Shown here one piece after another: positions 24,601-31,756 of a DNA stretch of 44,082 nucleotides; within the stretch, counting starts at the first letter, position 1, and every line of letters begins with the position of its first letter. The position numbers and the translations under genes are program-made. The notes beneath the pieces are model-generated. The model worked only from the letters and a program-made list of their open reading frames with translations. It was not told the DNA's origin and ran no database searches. The DNA is from Clostridia bacterium (GTDB lineage: Bacteria > Bacillota > Clostridia > Oscillospirales > Acutalibacteraceae): contig JAFUPS010000065.1 in the NCBI GenBank assembly GCA_017481085.1, positions 1 through 44,082 on the forward strand, in the 5' to 3' direction.

Positions 24601-25633
24601 GGCGCCGACCAATGATAAGACGCTGTGGGAGGAGTATCGCTTTGGCGAGGGCTTTATCCCGACGATCAAGGAAGGCAATTCGGTACTGTGGTCGAACGAA
24701 GATTCCTACCACAGCATCGAATCCATCGACAAGCACGGCGATTACACCTTCACCTTCGAGGCGACCAAGAAGTACGACGACGAGGTCGTGCCGCCGTTCT
24801 ACGTGATCATGCGCGGTAACCAGATCAGCGAAGAAGATCCGATGACCGCCGAAATGCTGTACGGTTACGTCATTCAGTTTGCGGCTCTCGAAATCGACGA
24901 TCCGGCAAATCCGGGCGAGAAGATCTGGTCGCAGTACATCAACCTGTGGAAAAACGGTATCAACGGTTCGCTGATCGACCAGTATCGTATCACCTATATC
25001 CACGATCAAACCGATCACCCGTTCTTCGAGTATGAGGAGACCTACAAGTATGAGTTCTCCGTTTTCAACATCTCGGAAACGATGGCATGCATCACTGTGA
25101 AGATCAACGATCGTCTGGCACTTCGTTACTACGATGTCGCCAGCAGCGATCCGTTTGATCCGGCTATCAACGACGGCACCTTCGGTGTTTACGCCAGCTG
25201 CCCGGGTTATATCACCAGCGAGCCAATCGAGCTGGAACAGATGATCGTGGCGAAGGATACCTGCTACGTTGGCGATGGCGTCCGTGTGGCGGCAACCTAT
25301 CCGTCTATTCTGGATGGCGCCGTATTCACGGTTGACAGTGAATTCGCCACCGTGGTCGACGGTGTGTTCCGTGCAGACAAAGCGGGCGTATACACCATCT
25401 CCTGCACCTACAACGGTAAGGATCTCGGTTCCAAGACCATCACGGTCGAGGATCCGCCGAGGCGTACCGATACGGAGGCAGAGGAAGGCGAATTCCCGTG
25501 GCTGATCGTCGGCATTGCCGGCGGTGCGGTCGTCATCGCGGTGGCCGCTCTGTTCGTTATCTTGGCTGTTGCCAAGAAGCGCAAGGCTGCTGCTGCGGTT
25601 GCAGAAGCTGAGCAACCGACCGCGACGGAGTAA
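18698..25633 (+). CDS. 2311-aa cell-surface protein: signal peptide, about 15 repeat modules related to those of the upstream gene, a jelly-roll-like domain, an Ig-like domain and a C-terminal TM anchor
   Basis: The ATG at 18698 follows a GAAGGAGG RBS and the signal peptide is MKLSKRILTIALSIIMLLSALAVPVVAAND. The C-terminus is PWLIVGIAGGAVVIAVAALFVILAVAKKRK plus a 17-aa tail. There is no LPXTG and no catalytic motif that I recognise. Confidence 0.7.
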   Translation: MKLSKRILTIALSIIMLLSALAVPVVAANDLTVAGVHNFSTVAGDWRFWLNMEGTWPVSDSFIAFTAPAVSINDTTLDSAVIETYKDGDRLLLCLWGPLTGGVTPKAGDTVVVKAGQISAASGTANIAEDAVLVYDGSAWNLQVQVTYYDAKLTFTEAQTSSAANYLYMSAYCDMPWDAGYSDWHVKMKAADADSGVFLNGTKAVDAQIVPYGEVWTETGAVTDWWYYIELFGTAVAGDELTIKGKFAYGNIGINVAEITMTYDGSAWTVKEAEEEDTAVEIPYLDVIDQSHLQNATSFYTAVPDASIALTDSKADWSNRFLPVGEEDGAFFNGTRFDVDGGGGLAYQSSAGVAGFYINGFGTAVAGDKVTMQGRFASAKTGEVFKLIAPVEFTYDGSKWTRTSEKPDYVPDEKVYDNNYTGTLTTVGAETTGAAHQLYLKGDAGLDLYKVNVTDWSVRLTVAVGDDNGVFLNGNKVAGGSLFKYGDADNYWFAEGFTATTGDVITIKGDFVNDAQSAKVTITECQFQWDGSKWIDCVPSVEPEWTYHDFTITGVNVVQNNTASNGYRYFYLNINGEVPGNWDKFEGLQFAVNGGEKFDVRVGNNGSTGVICFDVHTSHMPADIPVGTTITLYAGEAPAASDAANVAATDVIRLVADYTLEWNGTEWAAPTDEPTYVDVMLSNPLHGWNNEQSWWDIYLNTDAALPGTNWETVYKDIVVELDGTAVSGATVQKANNDRELNVFFTDDTAPIAGTKVTVKAGKSLAYVKATGELNADLDGINITADHSYIWDGGKLVLESEYQPPVEFTYYDFTVSGLNQYIDNLANDYRHFYLAINGAVPGNWDKFEGLQVAVNGGEKFDVRVGNNGSTGVICFDVHTSYMPVDIAVGTTLTIYAGEAHPAADAANVAATDAIRLGADYTLEWNGSAWVLPGTEIEYTEYTGTLTTVGAETGNTNNNHIYFAGSATLDAYKVNTTNWDVRLVPVEDGVSGVYLNGIKMPGATVFKYNDAANRWFAEGFIASEAGDKVTIKGSFVNDMQAAKVIIEECSFIWNGSKWEDEQTDIDYSQYTAYNGTLTTFGAEATGKNNQIYFKGDAGLAEVFNDLIAADKEAGNETNGWNTSMLYALKGEENGFFLNGAKVDALEFQKYSDINNGWFATGFIAEVGDVLTIKGSFANDAQQVLITFTERSYIWDGNKWADDVPDTTVYTDITLTGMTLPNYSDDEYDHWILHLTYNGTLPSVHGERFENPMTYIDGVRVSDGNMSFYDDSASGLLLDLWVQGLKDEGPAVGQKITVKAGKLKSKSNPDVGINITEDITFEYNGTKWIIEGWVDTTVYEEITLKDDPISPSGYRDTSNRWDFYIPFDGTISVEPDNNGRFDFIKVSVVDGSGKKLLDKVDVIAHHAAHGNTTVFFILENTLLSKDAVTAGTVLTIHAGKAAPSGNSINGINVTADYQIKWNGDAWINPNYVEIPSKETVTLQLDKKTDYGGNENGIYLLTTDHFPVDKEWKTRISAVSYDADSGVFFNGEKVYNSSLCRFDDGKVYVTLADAGILAQDKDKVTIKGLFALDGYGVTYKELTLYYNGVEWGTTYTKAPEKTWTKFQIEGINTVTSYNSVSKQWNIYLNLSNMIPGDIDDMSFNGMKVVVNGQEYDLFTAHSYQHTLYCYIPGDILPNKGVDGTAVTIKAGKAMGEDRHSGIELTKDFTFYYYKGALNAKKPTTNTTWHDVTVTRMNQTKAFDPATGEWRFHLIIRSSLEEVENNTVFGELPLVVNGVKHEVTAMLDNSYLFIRIPESVMGDVQKATIKIPAGATAIGDAGYHGLKFTNEWTGYVFNGVLAETDYTEATRQKANILGVQAITPGVDRDHVYLRLNKEVYGTAWYEGYTGFTYYYNGKLITTDAFKSESSNNKFMYFPIVHKDVGGTAKEGDKIVIKPGAVGKGGGYELEITNEFTLVFSGGLWTQYVDSDVQAPTNDKTLWEEYRFGEGFIPTIKEGNSVLWSNEDSYHSIESIDKHGDYTFTFEATKKYDDEVVPPFYVIMRGNQISEEDPMTAEMLYGYVIQFAALEIDDPANPGEKIWSQYINLWKNGINGSLIDQYRITYIHDQTDHPFFEYEETYKYEFSVFNISETMACITVKINDRLALRYYDVASSDPFDPAINDGTFGVYASCPGYITSEPIELEQMIVAKDTCYVGDGVRVAATYPSILDGAVFTVDSEFATVVDGVFRADKAGVYTISCTYNGKDLGSKTITVEDPPRRTDTEAEEGEFPWLIVGIAGGAVVIAVAALFVILAVAKKRKAAAAVAEAEQPTATE
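20471..20551 (+). repeat. 81-nt segment identical to 21254-21334 (copy A), inside otherwise diverged paralogous modules
   Basis: GTCAACGGCGGCGAGAAGTTCGACGTTCGCGTTGGCAATAACGGCAGCACAGGCGTGATCTGCTTTGACGTACACACTAGC is present at both positions. Confidence 0.9.
21254..21334 (+). repeat. 81-nt segment identical to 20471-20551 (copy B)
   Basis: The string is the same as copy A. The flanking roughly 45 nt upstream are near-identical, and identity decays further out. Confidence 0.9.
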
Positions 25634-25704
25634 TTGTAAAACAGCATAACCGGTGGGGCAGAGAGATCTGCTCCCACCGGTCATGCTGCTATCGGAGAAC
25701 CTGT

Positions 25705-27207
25705 ATGAAAAAATTAACAAAACCTTTCTATCCGGACGATCGCCGGATAGAAGAAACGGCCTATATGGGGCCTCGCCGTGCCGGCAAACGCTTTTGGGCG
25801 GGTGAGTACGGTAAAAACCCGCGTGATCCAGAGGGCGGTTATCCGTCTTTTGTCACCGATGAGGTGTTTGAAGATTACAAAAATGCCGGCTTGACATTCC
25901 TGATGCCGGAAGGCGATGCATACTTCGAACAGAAGTTTACGGAAACTGGATTGGCCTTTGAACCGGATTTTGAAAAGAGCCCGCTGTACGCCTTTATGGA
26001 AATGGCAGAAAAGCATGGACTGGACGTATATCCGGCGTGTGAGGCTATTTTCGGCAACATGACGCATACGGACGGCCCGTTTGGGGATGAAGAAAAATGC
26101 ATCGTCCGTCATTTCGTTGAAACGGTGCAGAAGTATTGCCCAAAGAGCTTCAAGGGTATCATGCTGACAGACGAACCCGGTATTGCCTCCATCGGCCGCG
26201 TAAAGAAGATCGTCGAGTATCTGAATTCCGATGAGATCCGTGCCATCAAGCCGGATCTGGACGTTTTCTCGTCTATGCTGCCGAACTACGCAACGCTGCC
26301 GAGCTATCAACTGGGATATCAGTATCCGGATCGCACCAAGCAGTTTGTCGTATTTGATGAGGAACGCAAGGGCCTCTACGCAAACTTTATTGATGCCTGT
26401 GCCGACGCGGTGGGCGAGTTCAGCTTTGACTTTTATCCGTTGGGTGAAAAGGGCCGTCTGTCGCCCGGGTTTTATCAAAACCTGGAAATGGCTGCCGAAC
26501 ATGGACGCGACGGGAATTTTCCGATCTCGGTCACGTTGCAGAGCTTTATGATGTTGTATAAGTACAACCATAAGACCGGCCGCGGTATCATCATCTATCG
26601 ATCACCGTCTTACGAGGACGTGCGTTGGCAGGTATATTCGTCGCTGGCATTTGGTGTGCAGCGTCTGGGTTGGTTTACCTTCTGGCAGCATTACAGCGAG
26701 AGTGAGCACGAGATGTTCCCGAACGCGATGGTTATCTACGATGAGTGCGAAAAGAGCGGTTACCGCAAAACCGATATCTATCACGCGGTGGCGAAGGTCA
26801 ATCGCGAGATCCAGGCTATCGACCACGTTTTTCTCCGCTTTCAGTGGAAAGGTTGCCGTAAGATCGCTACCAGCCGTGACCGCAACATTCGCCTGTTGGA
26901 AGGCGGATACGCCGGCGGTTGCCTGCGGACGCTGACCGGCACGCGGGATACGCTGCTTGGATGCTTCGAAAATCCGGAGGACGGCGCCGAGGGCTATTGG
27001 CTTGTGAATGCACATAATCCATATTGGCTCCTGCAAAACGACGTTAGCGTGACGTTTGCCGGTGCCACACATGTGCTGTGCTATCGCAACGGCGAGGAGC
27101 AGGTGCTGCCGCTTGAGCAGGTTACCGAAAACGGCGAGACCTGCGGCAAACTGTCGATGCGCTTGAGCTGCGGCGAAGGCGTGTTTGTCATCCCGTATAC
27201 CGAATAA
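25705..27207 (+). CDS. Cytoplasmic (no signal peptide) GH-like protein (paralog 3 of 3)
   Basis: The start is MKKLTKPFYPDDRR, with no hydrophobic leader. The motifs are GLTFLMPE, GIMLTDEP, FDFYP, VTLQS, YSSLAFGVQRLGWFTFWQH and C-terminal GVFVIPY. Confidence 0.55.
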   Translation: MKKLTKPFYPDDRRIEETAYMGPRRAGKRFWAGEYGKNPRDPEGGYPSFVTDEVFEDYKNAGLTFLMPEGDAYFEQKFTETGLAFEPDFEKSPLYAFMEMAEKHGLDVYPACEAIFGNMTHTDGPFGDEEKCIVRHFVETVQKYCPKSFKGIMLTDEPGIASIGRVKKIVEYLNSDEIRAIKPDLDVFSSMLPNYATLPSYQLGYQYPDRTKQFVVFDEERKGLYANFIDACADAVGEFSFDFYPLGEKGRLSPGFYQNLEMAAEHGRDGNFPISVTLQSFMMLYKYNHKTGRGIIIYRSPSYEDVRWQVYSSLAFGVQRLGWFTFWQHYSESEHEMFPNAMVIYDECEKSGYRKTDIYHAVAKVNREIQAIDHVFLRFQWKGCRKIATSRDRNIRLLEGGYAGGCLRTLTGTRDTLLGCFENPEDGAEGYWLVNAHNPYWLLQNDVSVTFAGATHVLCYRNGEEQVLPLEQVTENGETCGKLSMRLSCGEGVFVIPYTE

Positions 27208-27212
27208 CAACA

Positions 27213-27246
27213 AAAACGCTTTGGTGAAAACCAAAGCGTTTTTAAT
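27213..27246 (+). terminator. Rho-independent terminator closing the polysaccharide locus
   Basis: AAAACGCTTTGGT-gaaa-ACCAAAGCGTTTT followed by a T-rich tail. Confidence 0.8.
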
Positions 27247-27292
27247 TTAAGTTAAAGTTTTGGCGATATAATGCCATCGGAGGTGAGGCGGC

Positions 27293-28012
27293 GTGCCGGA
27301 GTTGTACTTTTTCAAGCGCATTGAAAAGAAATACGTGATTACACCGGCAGCTCGTGACAAGCTGTTGGCAACCCTGAGTAGCCGGTTGACGCCCGATCCT
27401 CATGGTCGCAGCACCGTTATGAGCGTCTATCTGGATACAGCAGATTTTCGGTTGATCCGGCAATCGCTGGATGCCAAGGTGTATAAAGAGAAGCTTCGCA
27501 TCCGCAGCTACGGTATTCCACCAGCAGGTGCATCCGTTTTTTTTGAAATCAAGAAGAAATATAAAGGGGTAGTGTATAAGCGCCGTCTGACAATGTCGTT
27601 GGCAGAGGCTTTGCATTACCTGCAAACCGGTATTGCGCCATGCGATACGCAAATCATGCGAGAGATCGACTATGCGATGCAGTTGTATCACAATCCGCAG
27701 CCGGTCATGCTGCTGGCATACGAACGAGATGCATATTTCACCGAGAACGTACCCGATCTGCGTATTACGTTTGATACTGGTGTACGTTATCGAGCAACCG
27801 AGCTGTCGCTATCTTCAGGCGATGCCGGAACGGTCATCCTGCCACCCGATAAGGTGATCATGGAGATCAAAACCAACGGTGCTATGCCGCTGTGGTTGGC
27901 AGACACACTCGACGACCTGCATATTTATCCGTCCCGCTTTTCCAAGTATGGAACGGCGTATCAACATCATCTTGCGCAAAAAGGAGAACTGTCATATGTC
28001 TGCAATCTTTAA
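27293..28012 (+). CDS. VTC-domain (polyphosphate polymerase-like, CYTH/triphosphate-tunnel) protein
   Basis: The GTG start follows a GGAGGTGA RBS. Tunnel-type alternating basic strands are visible (FKRIEKKYVI, KLRIRSY, FFEIKKKYKGVVYKRR, IMEIKTNG). Confidence 0.6.
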   Translation: MPELYFFKRIEKKYVITPAARDKLLATLSSRLTPDPHGRSTVMSVYLDTADFRLIRQSLDAKVYKEKLRIRSYGIPPAGASVFFEIKKKYKGVVYKRRLTMSLAEALHYLQTGIAPCDTQIMREIDYAMQLYHNPQPVMLLAYERDAYFTENVPDLRITFDTGVRYRATELSLSSGDAGTVILPPDKVIMEIKTNGAMPLWLADTLDDLHIYPSRFSKYGTAYQHHLAQKGELSYVCNL

Positions 28013-28661
28013 TTCTGTCATTAACGCCAGCGTTACGATCGAGATGTATTTGCTGTGCTTGGCGGCGGCGCTTGTTTGCGGCTTGATCGCCGCGGTCACG
28101 GCGGCATACCGCTCAACGGTTTCCAAGAGCTTTTTGATCGCCTTGGTATTGTTGCCGATGATTGTACAGACAGTCATCGTGATGGTCAATGGCAACATCG
28201 GCACCGGTGTAGCGGTGATGGGTGCGTTTTCGCTTGTGCGATTCCGTTCGGTCCCCGGTAAGGCAAAGGATATTGCGGCAATCTTTATGGCAATGACTGC
28301 CGGCTTGGCGTGTGCTGCCGGATACGTGGCGATCGCGCTGTTGTTCACGCTGCTTGTCGGCGTGATAATGATGCTATTGTCGTGCATTCCGTTTGCAGGT
28401 GATCGGCTGATGGAACTGCATATCACCGTGCCTGAATCGCTACATTACGCCACGGAATTTGACGAGGTGTTTGCGGAGTTTACCGTTCGTCATCGCCTTG
28501 TCAAAACCAAAACGACCAATATGGGAAGCTTGTATAAGCTGTGCTATAAAGTGGAGCTTAAGAACAAAGCACAGATGCAGGAGTTTATGGATGCGCTGCG
28601 TTGCCGCAACGGCAATTTGGAGATCGCCTTGGTGGAAAGCGAAGGAAGTGAAGAGCTGTGA
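27996..28661 (+). CDS. DUF4956-like polytopic membrane protein with a C-terminal soluble domain
   Basis: The ATG at 27996 follows an AAGGAG RBS and overlaps the VTC gene by 17 nt. The motif is GAFSLVRFRSVPGKAKDIAAIFMAMTAGLA. Confidence 0.55.
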   Translation: MSAIFNSVINASVTIEMYLLCLAAALVCGLIAAVTAAYRSTVSKSFLIALVLLPMIVQTVIVMVNGNIGTGVAVMGAFSLVRFRSVPGKAKDIAAIFMAMTAGLACAAGYVAIALLFTLLVGVIMMLLSCIPFAGDRLMELHITVPESLHYATEFDEVFAEFTVRHRLVKTKTTNMGSLYKLCYKVELKNKAQMQEFMDALRCRNGNLEIALVESEGSEEL

Positions 28662-30478
28662 GCAAGAAAATAGGGGCTCTGCTGCTGGTATGTATGCTGT
28701 TTCTGGCGGCATGTTCGGTTGATACATCGGACGGCAGCGGTATGTCTGTAACCACGATCGGCGGTCACTGGCAGCTGCCGGAGGGATGGGGTGGAGGAGA
28801 ACCCATCACGACCGGCACGACCTCGACACCCGAAACCGCCGATCTGTCCGGCATGGACTTCACCTTTTCCGATCGGGATCTGTCATCCGAATCGGACGGT
28901 GCCAAAACCTTGGCCTTTGCCAACGAGGATCTGCTTATCACAGTAGCGGGAACGTACCGGCTTTCCGGCACGCTGACCGATCACATGATCAGGATCGCTG
29001 TGGGGGACAACGATAAGGTTCAACTGGTGTTTGCCGGTGTGACGGTGCAAAACGATCATGGCCCTGCCGTGTACGTTCAATCAGGTGATAAGGTGTTTAT
29101 CACGCTGGAGGAGGGCTCGGTCAACCGTCTGTCCGACGGCGCATCCTATGAGTTGACCGATGGTGACAGCAACGTGGACGCCGCCTTATTCAGCCGCGCA
29201 GATCTGACGATCAACGGCGGCGGTAGTCTAACTGTTACCGGCAACTGTAAGCACGCTGTCGTCTCAAAGGACGATTTGGTGATATCCTCGGGCACGTTGA
29301 CAGTTACGGCAAAAAACGTGGGTTTAAACGGCAAGGATTGCGTCAAGCTGGGTGCAGCGGATATCACCGTCACGGCCGGCTCGGACGGTATTCGGTCAGA
29401 CAATACTGAAGATACCTCGCGCGGTTACGTCTACGTCGATGGCACCAAACTGACGATTGCCGCCGACAACGATGCTATTCAGGCGGAAATGGTGGTCAAC
29501 TGCGTAGACGCAACGATTAACCTTACAGCCGGCGGTGGCAGCGATCGGGCGTTGTCCTATTCGTCGGAGTCGTATAAAGGGATCAAAGCCGGCTCGGACG
29601 TGTTGATCTCGGGTGGCAGTTATACGGTGGATTCCGCTGATGATTGTGTGCATTCCAACAATACGGTCACCGTCACCGGCGGTACGTTACAGCTCAGCAG
29701 CGGTGACGACGGCATTCATGCGGATAACGATCTGGCTATTTCGGGCGGGGCAATCAAGATCTTCAAAAGCTACGAAGGACTGGAAAGCAGCCGCATTTTG
29801 ATTTCGGGCGGCACAATCGACGTTACCGCATCGGACGACGGTTTGAACGCCGCCGGCGGCAACGATGCCTCTGCCCTTGGTGACCGTCCGGGCATGGGGC
29901 GTTTCAGCGCCTCGACAGGAACGATTGAGATAGCGGGGGGCTATTTGCTGGTGGATGCTTCCGGTGACGGCATTGACTCCAACGGTACGCTGACGGTCAG
30001 CGGCGGTATTACGCTTGTCAGTGGCCCAACCAATGGCGGCAACGGCTCGTTGGATTATCAAAGCGCGGCAACCGTAACCGGGGGTGTGCTTATTGCGCTG
30101 GGAAGCAACGGTATGGCTCAGAACTTTTCTGCCGCTGAAAATCAAGGAGCGATGTTGTGCAGCTTTGGCACACAGGCGGCTGGTACGTCCTTTGCGGTAT
30201 GTGATGTTGACGGCAAAGTGGTGGCATCCTTCACGCCGGCGAAGGCGTATCAATCGGCGGTAGTAACAACGCCCGATATACAGAGTGGTAATACCTATAT
30301 GCTGGTGGTCGGTGGGATGGTGTCCGGCGCAGACGTTAACGGCTATGCGCGGAACATCACCGTTTCGGGCGGCACGACGCTGACGACGGTTTCGATGACA
30401 TCGTCACTTTACGGCAGCGGCAATGGGTTTGGCGGCCCGGGCGGCTTTGGCCCTGGTGATCGTCCCGGAAGATGGTAA
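28658..30478 (+). CDS. Lipoprotein with Cthe_2159-like parallel beta-helix repeats (carbohydrate/polyanion-binding family)
   Basis: The GTG start overlaps the upstream stop by 4 nt and the lipobox is LFLAAC. It has repeated turns such as GGSLTVTG, SDGIRSD, NDAIQAE, DDCVHSN, DDGIHAD, DDGLNAAGG and GDGIDSNG. Confidence 0.55.
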   Translation: MSKKIGALLLVCMLFLAACSVDTSDGSGMSVTTIGGHWQLPEGWGGGEPITTGTTSTPETADLSGMDFTFSDRDLSSESDGAKTLAFANEDLLITVAGTYRLSGTLTDHMIRIAVGDNDKVQLVFAGVTVQNDHGPAVYVQSGDKVFITLEEGSVNRLSDGASYELTDGDSNVDAALFSRADLTINGGGSLTVTGNCKHAVVSKDDLVISSGTLTVTAKNVGLNGKDCVKLGAADITVTAGSDGIRSDNTEDTSRGYVYVDGTKLTIAADNDAIQAEMVVNCVDATINLTAGGGSDRALSYSSESYKGIKAGSDVLISGGSYTVDSADDCVHSNNTVTVTGGTLQLSSGDDGIHADNDLAISGGAIKIFKSYEGLESSRILISGGTIDVTASDDGLNAAGGNDASALGDRPGMGRFSASTGTIEIAGGYLLVDASGDGIDSNGTLTVSGGITLVSGPTNGGNGSLDYQSAATVTGGVLIALGSNGMAQNFSAAENQGAMLCSFGTQAAGTSFAVCDVDGKVVASFTPAKAYQSAVVTTPDIQSGNTYMLVVGGMVSGADVNGYARNITVSGGTTLTTVSMTSSLYGSGNGFGGPGGFGPGDRPGRW

Positions 30479-30484
30479 TAAACA

Positions 30485-30516
30485 AAAAGCTCCGGCTCTG
30501 TCGAGCCGGAGCTTTT
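30485..30516. terminator. Bidirectional rho-independent terminator between convergent operons
   Basis: AAAAGCTCCGGCTC-tgtc-GAGCCGGAGCTTTT. Confidence 0.8.
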
Positions 30517-30517
30517 A

Positions 30518-31756
30518 TTATAGCGGAAGGATAACGGTAATCGTCAGGGTGCTGTTATCGGCAGCAGTTGCGGCGATTTTTCCCTTGTGTGCGGTTACGA
30601 TGGCTTGGGCAATAGACAACCCAATGCCGTAGCCGCGCGAATGTCGGGCTGGGTCGGCGCGGTAGAAACGGTTGAACAAATGCTCCAACATTTCCTTGGA
30701 TACCGTTTCGAGTGTGGTGTTGGTGACGGTCATTACCGCCGTTTTGCCCTGTTGCTTCAGCGTCAGATCAATACGGCTGTTTTTGGGGGAGTACTTAAGC
30801 GCGTTATCCAGTAGAATTGAAACCAGCTGCCGTATCGCCTTTTCGTCGCCGTGCTTGGTGAGCATTGGTTGGATATCGGTTTTCAGCGTTTTGTTTTGTG
30901 TCATCGCACATGCAGTAAAAGACCCGGCGCTTTCGGCCACGACGTCCGAAAGCGGAAAATCAATGCATTGTAGCTGCAGGTTTTCTTCATCCATGCGCGA
31001 GAGATAGATCAGGTCGTTTGTCAGCGTGCTGAGCCGCTTGACTTGCTTGCGGATATCTTGTAACCACTCGTTATCAGGCATATCCATTTCCAGTATCTCG
31101 GCGTCCGCGTCAATGATGGTAATGGGCGTTTTGATCTCATGTCCGGCATCGGTGATAAACCGCTTTTGTTTTTCGTAGCTTTCCGAAACCGGCCGGACGA
31201 TATAACCAGAGAGCAGCATAATAAGCACAAATACCGCTGCCAAGCCTGCCAGCGAAATGCCGCAGCTTATCAGCAAAAAACGACGGAAGGTGGAAAGATC
31301 GCGGGTGCAATCAAGAAAGATGATGCGGGTGGATGTGCCGTCTGGGAATACGTGATAGCGATAATCACCTGTAAAACCGCTAGCATTTCCGGACAAAAAC
31401 ACCCGCTGTGCCATATCGGCAGCGGTATTTTTGTCAATGGCAGCAATAAAATCGGTATCGGTGGCTATGATGACGCCGCTTTCGTCAATCAACACCGAGA
31501 AAAAGCGGGATTCATAGCGCAGCTCCGGTCGGGCCTCAGCAAAACGATCGCCGGGGAACGGTTCTCCGGGAATCATTGGACCGTCCCGCAAGGGAAAACG
31601 GCCTTCACCGCTGGACAGCAACGAAAGCACTTCGTCGGCGCTGTATACGATGCTGTTATAGCTCACAATGTTGACGGTAGCGATGATAACGGCCAGTACC
31701 GTAAACAGTGAAAGCATGGCGATGGCGACAAATTTAAATCGTAGCTTTTTAATCAT
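30518..31756 (-). CDS. Sensor histidine kinase (two TM helices, extracytoplasmic loop, HisKA plus HATPase)
   Basis: The H-box is DAGHEIKTPIT. N and G boxes are present (LLDNALKYSP, GYGIGLSIAQ). It overlaps the response regulator gene by 4 nt. Confidence 0.85.
   Translation of the reverse strand: MIKKLRFKFVAIAMLSLFTVLAVIIATVNIVSYNSIVYSADEVLSLLSSGEGRFPLRDGPMIPGEPFPGDRFAEARPELRYESRFFSVLIDESGVIIATDTDFIAAIDKNTAADMAQRVFLSGNASGFTGDYRYHVFPDGTSTRIIFLDCTRDLSTFRRFLLISCGISLAGLAAVFVLIMLLSGYIVRPVSESYEKQKRFITDAGHEIKTPITIIDADAEILEMDMPDNEWLQDIRKQVKRLSTLTNDLIYLSRMDEENLQLQCIDFPLSDVVAESAGSFTACAMTQNKTLKTDIQPMLTKHGDEKAIRQLVSILLDNALKYSPKNSRIDLTLKQQGKTAVMTVTNTTLETVSKEMLEHLFNRFYRADPARHSRGYGIGLSIAQAIVTAHKGKIAATAADNSTLTITVILPL

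Noticed and set aside
25480-25633. Sortase (LPXTG) or CTERM-type sorting signal on the 2311-aa protein
   Set aside because: There is no LPXTG-like motif before the hydrophobic segment. A 17-aa hydrophilic tail follows the KKRK cluster, unlike processed sorting signals. I treat it as a plain TM anchor (see the finding on 24584-25633).
20750-25720. 1656-aa stop-free ORF antisense to the 2311-aa gene. The same pattern is seen at 15470..18682, 4613..5998, 10123..11052, 11059..12258, 36828..38015 and 42105..43478.
   Set aside because: The translations are Arg/Val/His/Asp/Gly-rich low-information strings with no motifs, signal peptides or RBS. They mirror strongly supported sense-strand genes. Long antisense ORFs are the expected artefact of GC-rich third-position bias.
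7285-27207. Horizontally acquired island or mobile element carrying the polysaccharide locus
   Set aside because: I found no integrase, transposase, tRNA target or flanking direct repeats. Codon and GC character look the same by eye as the flanking housekeeping genes.
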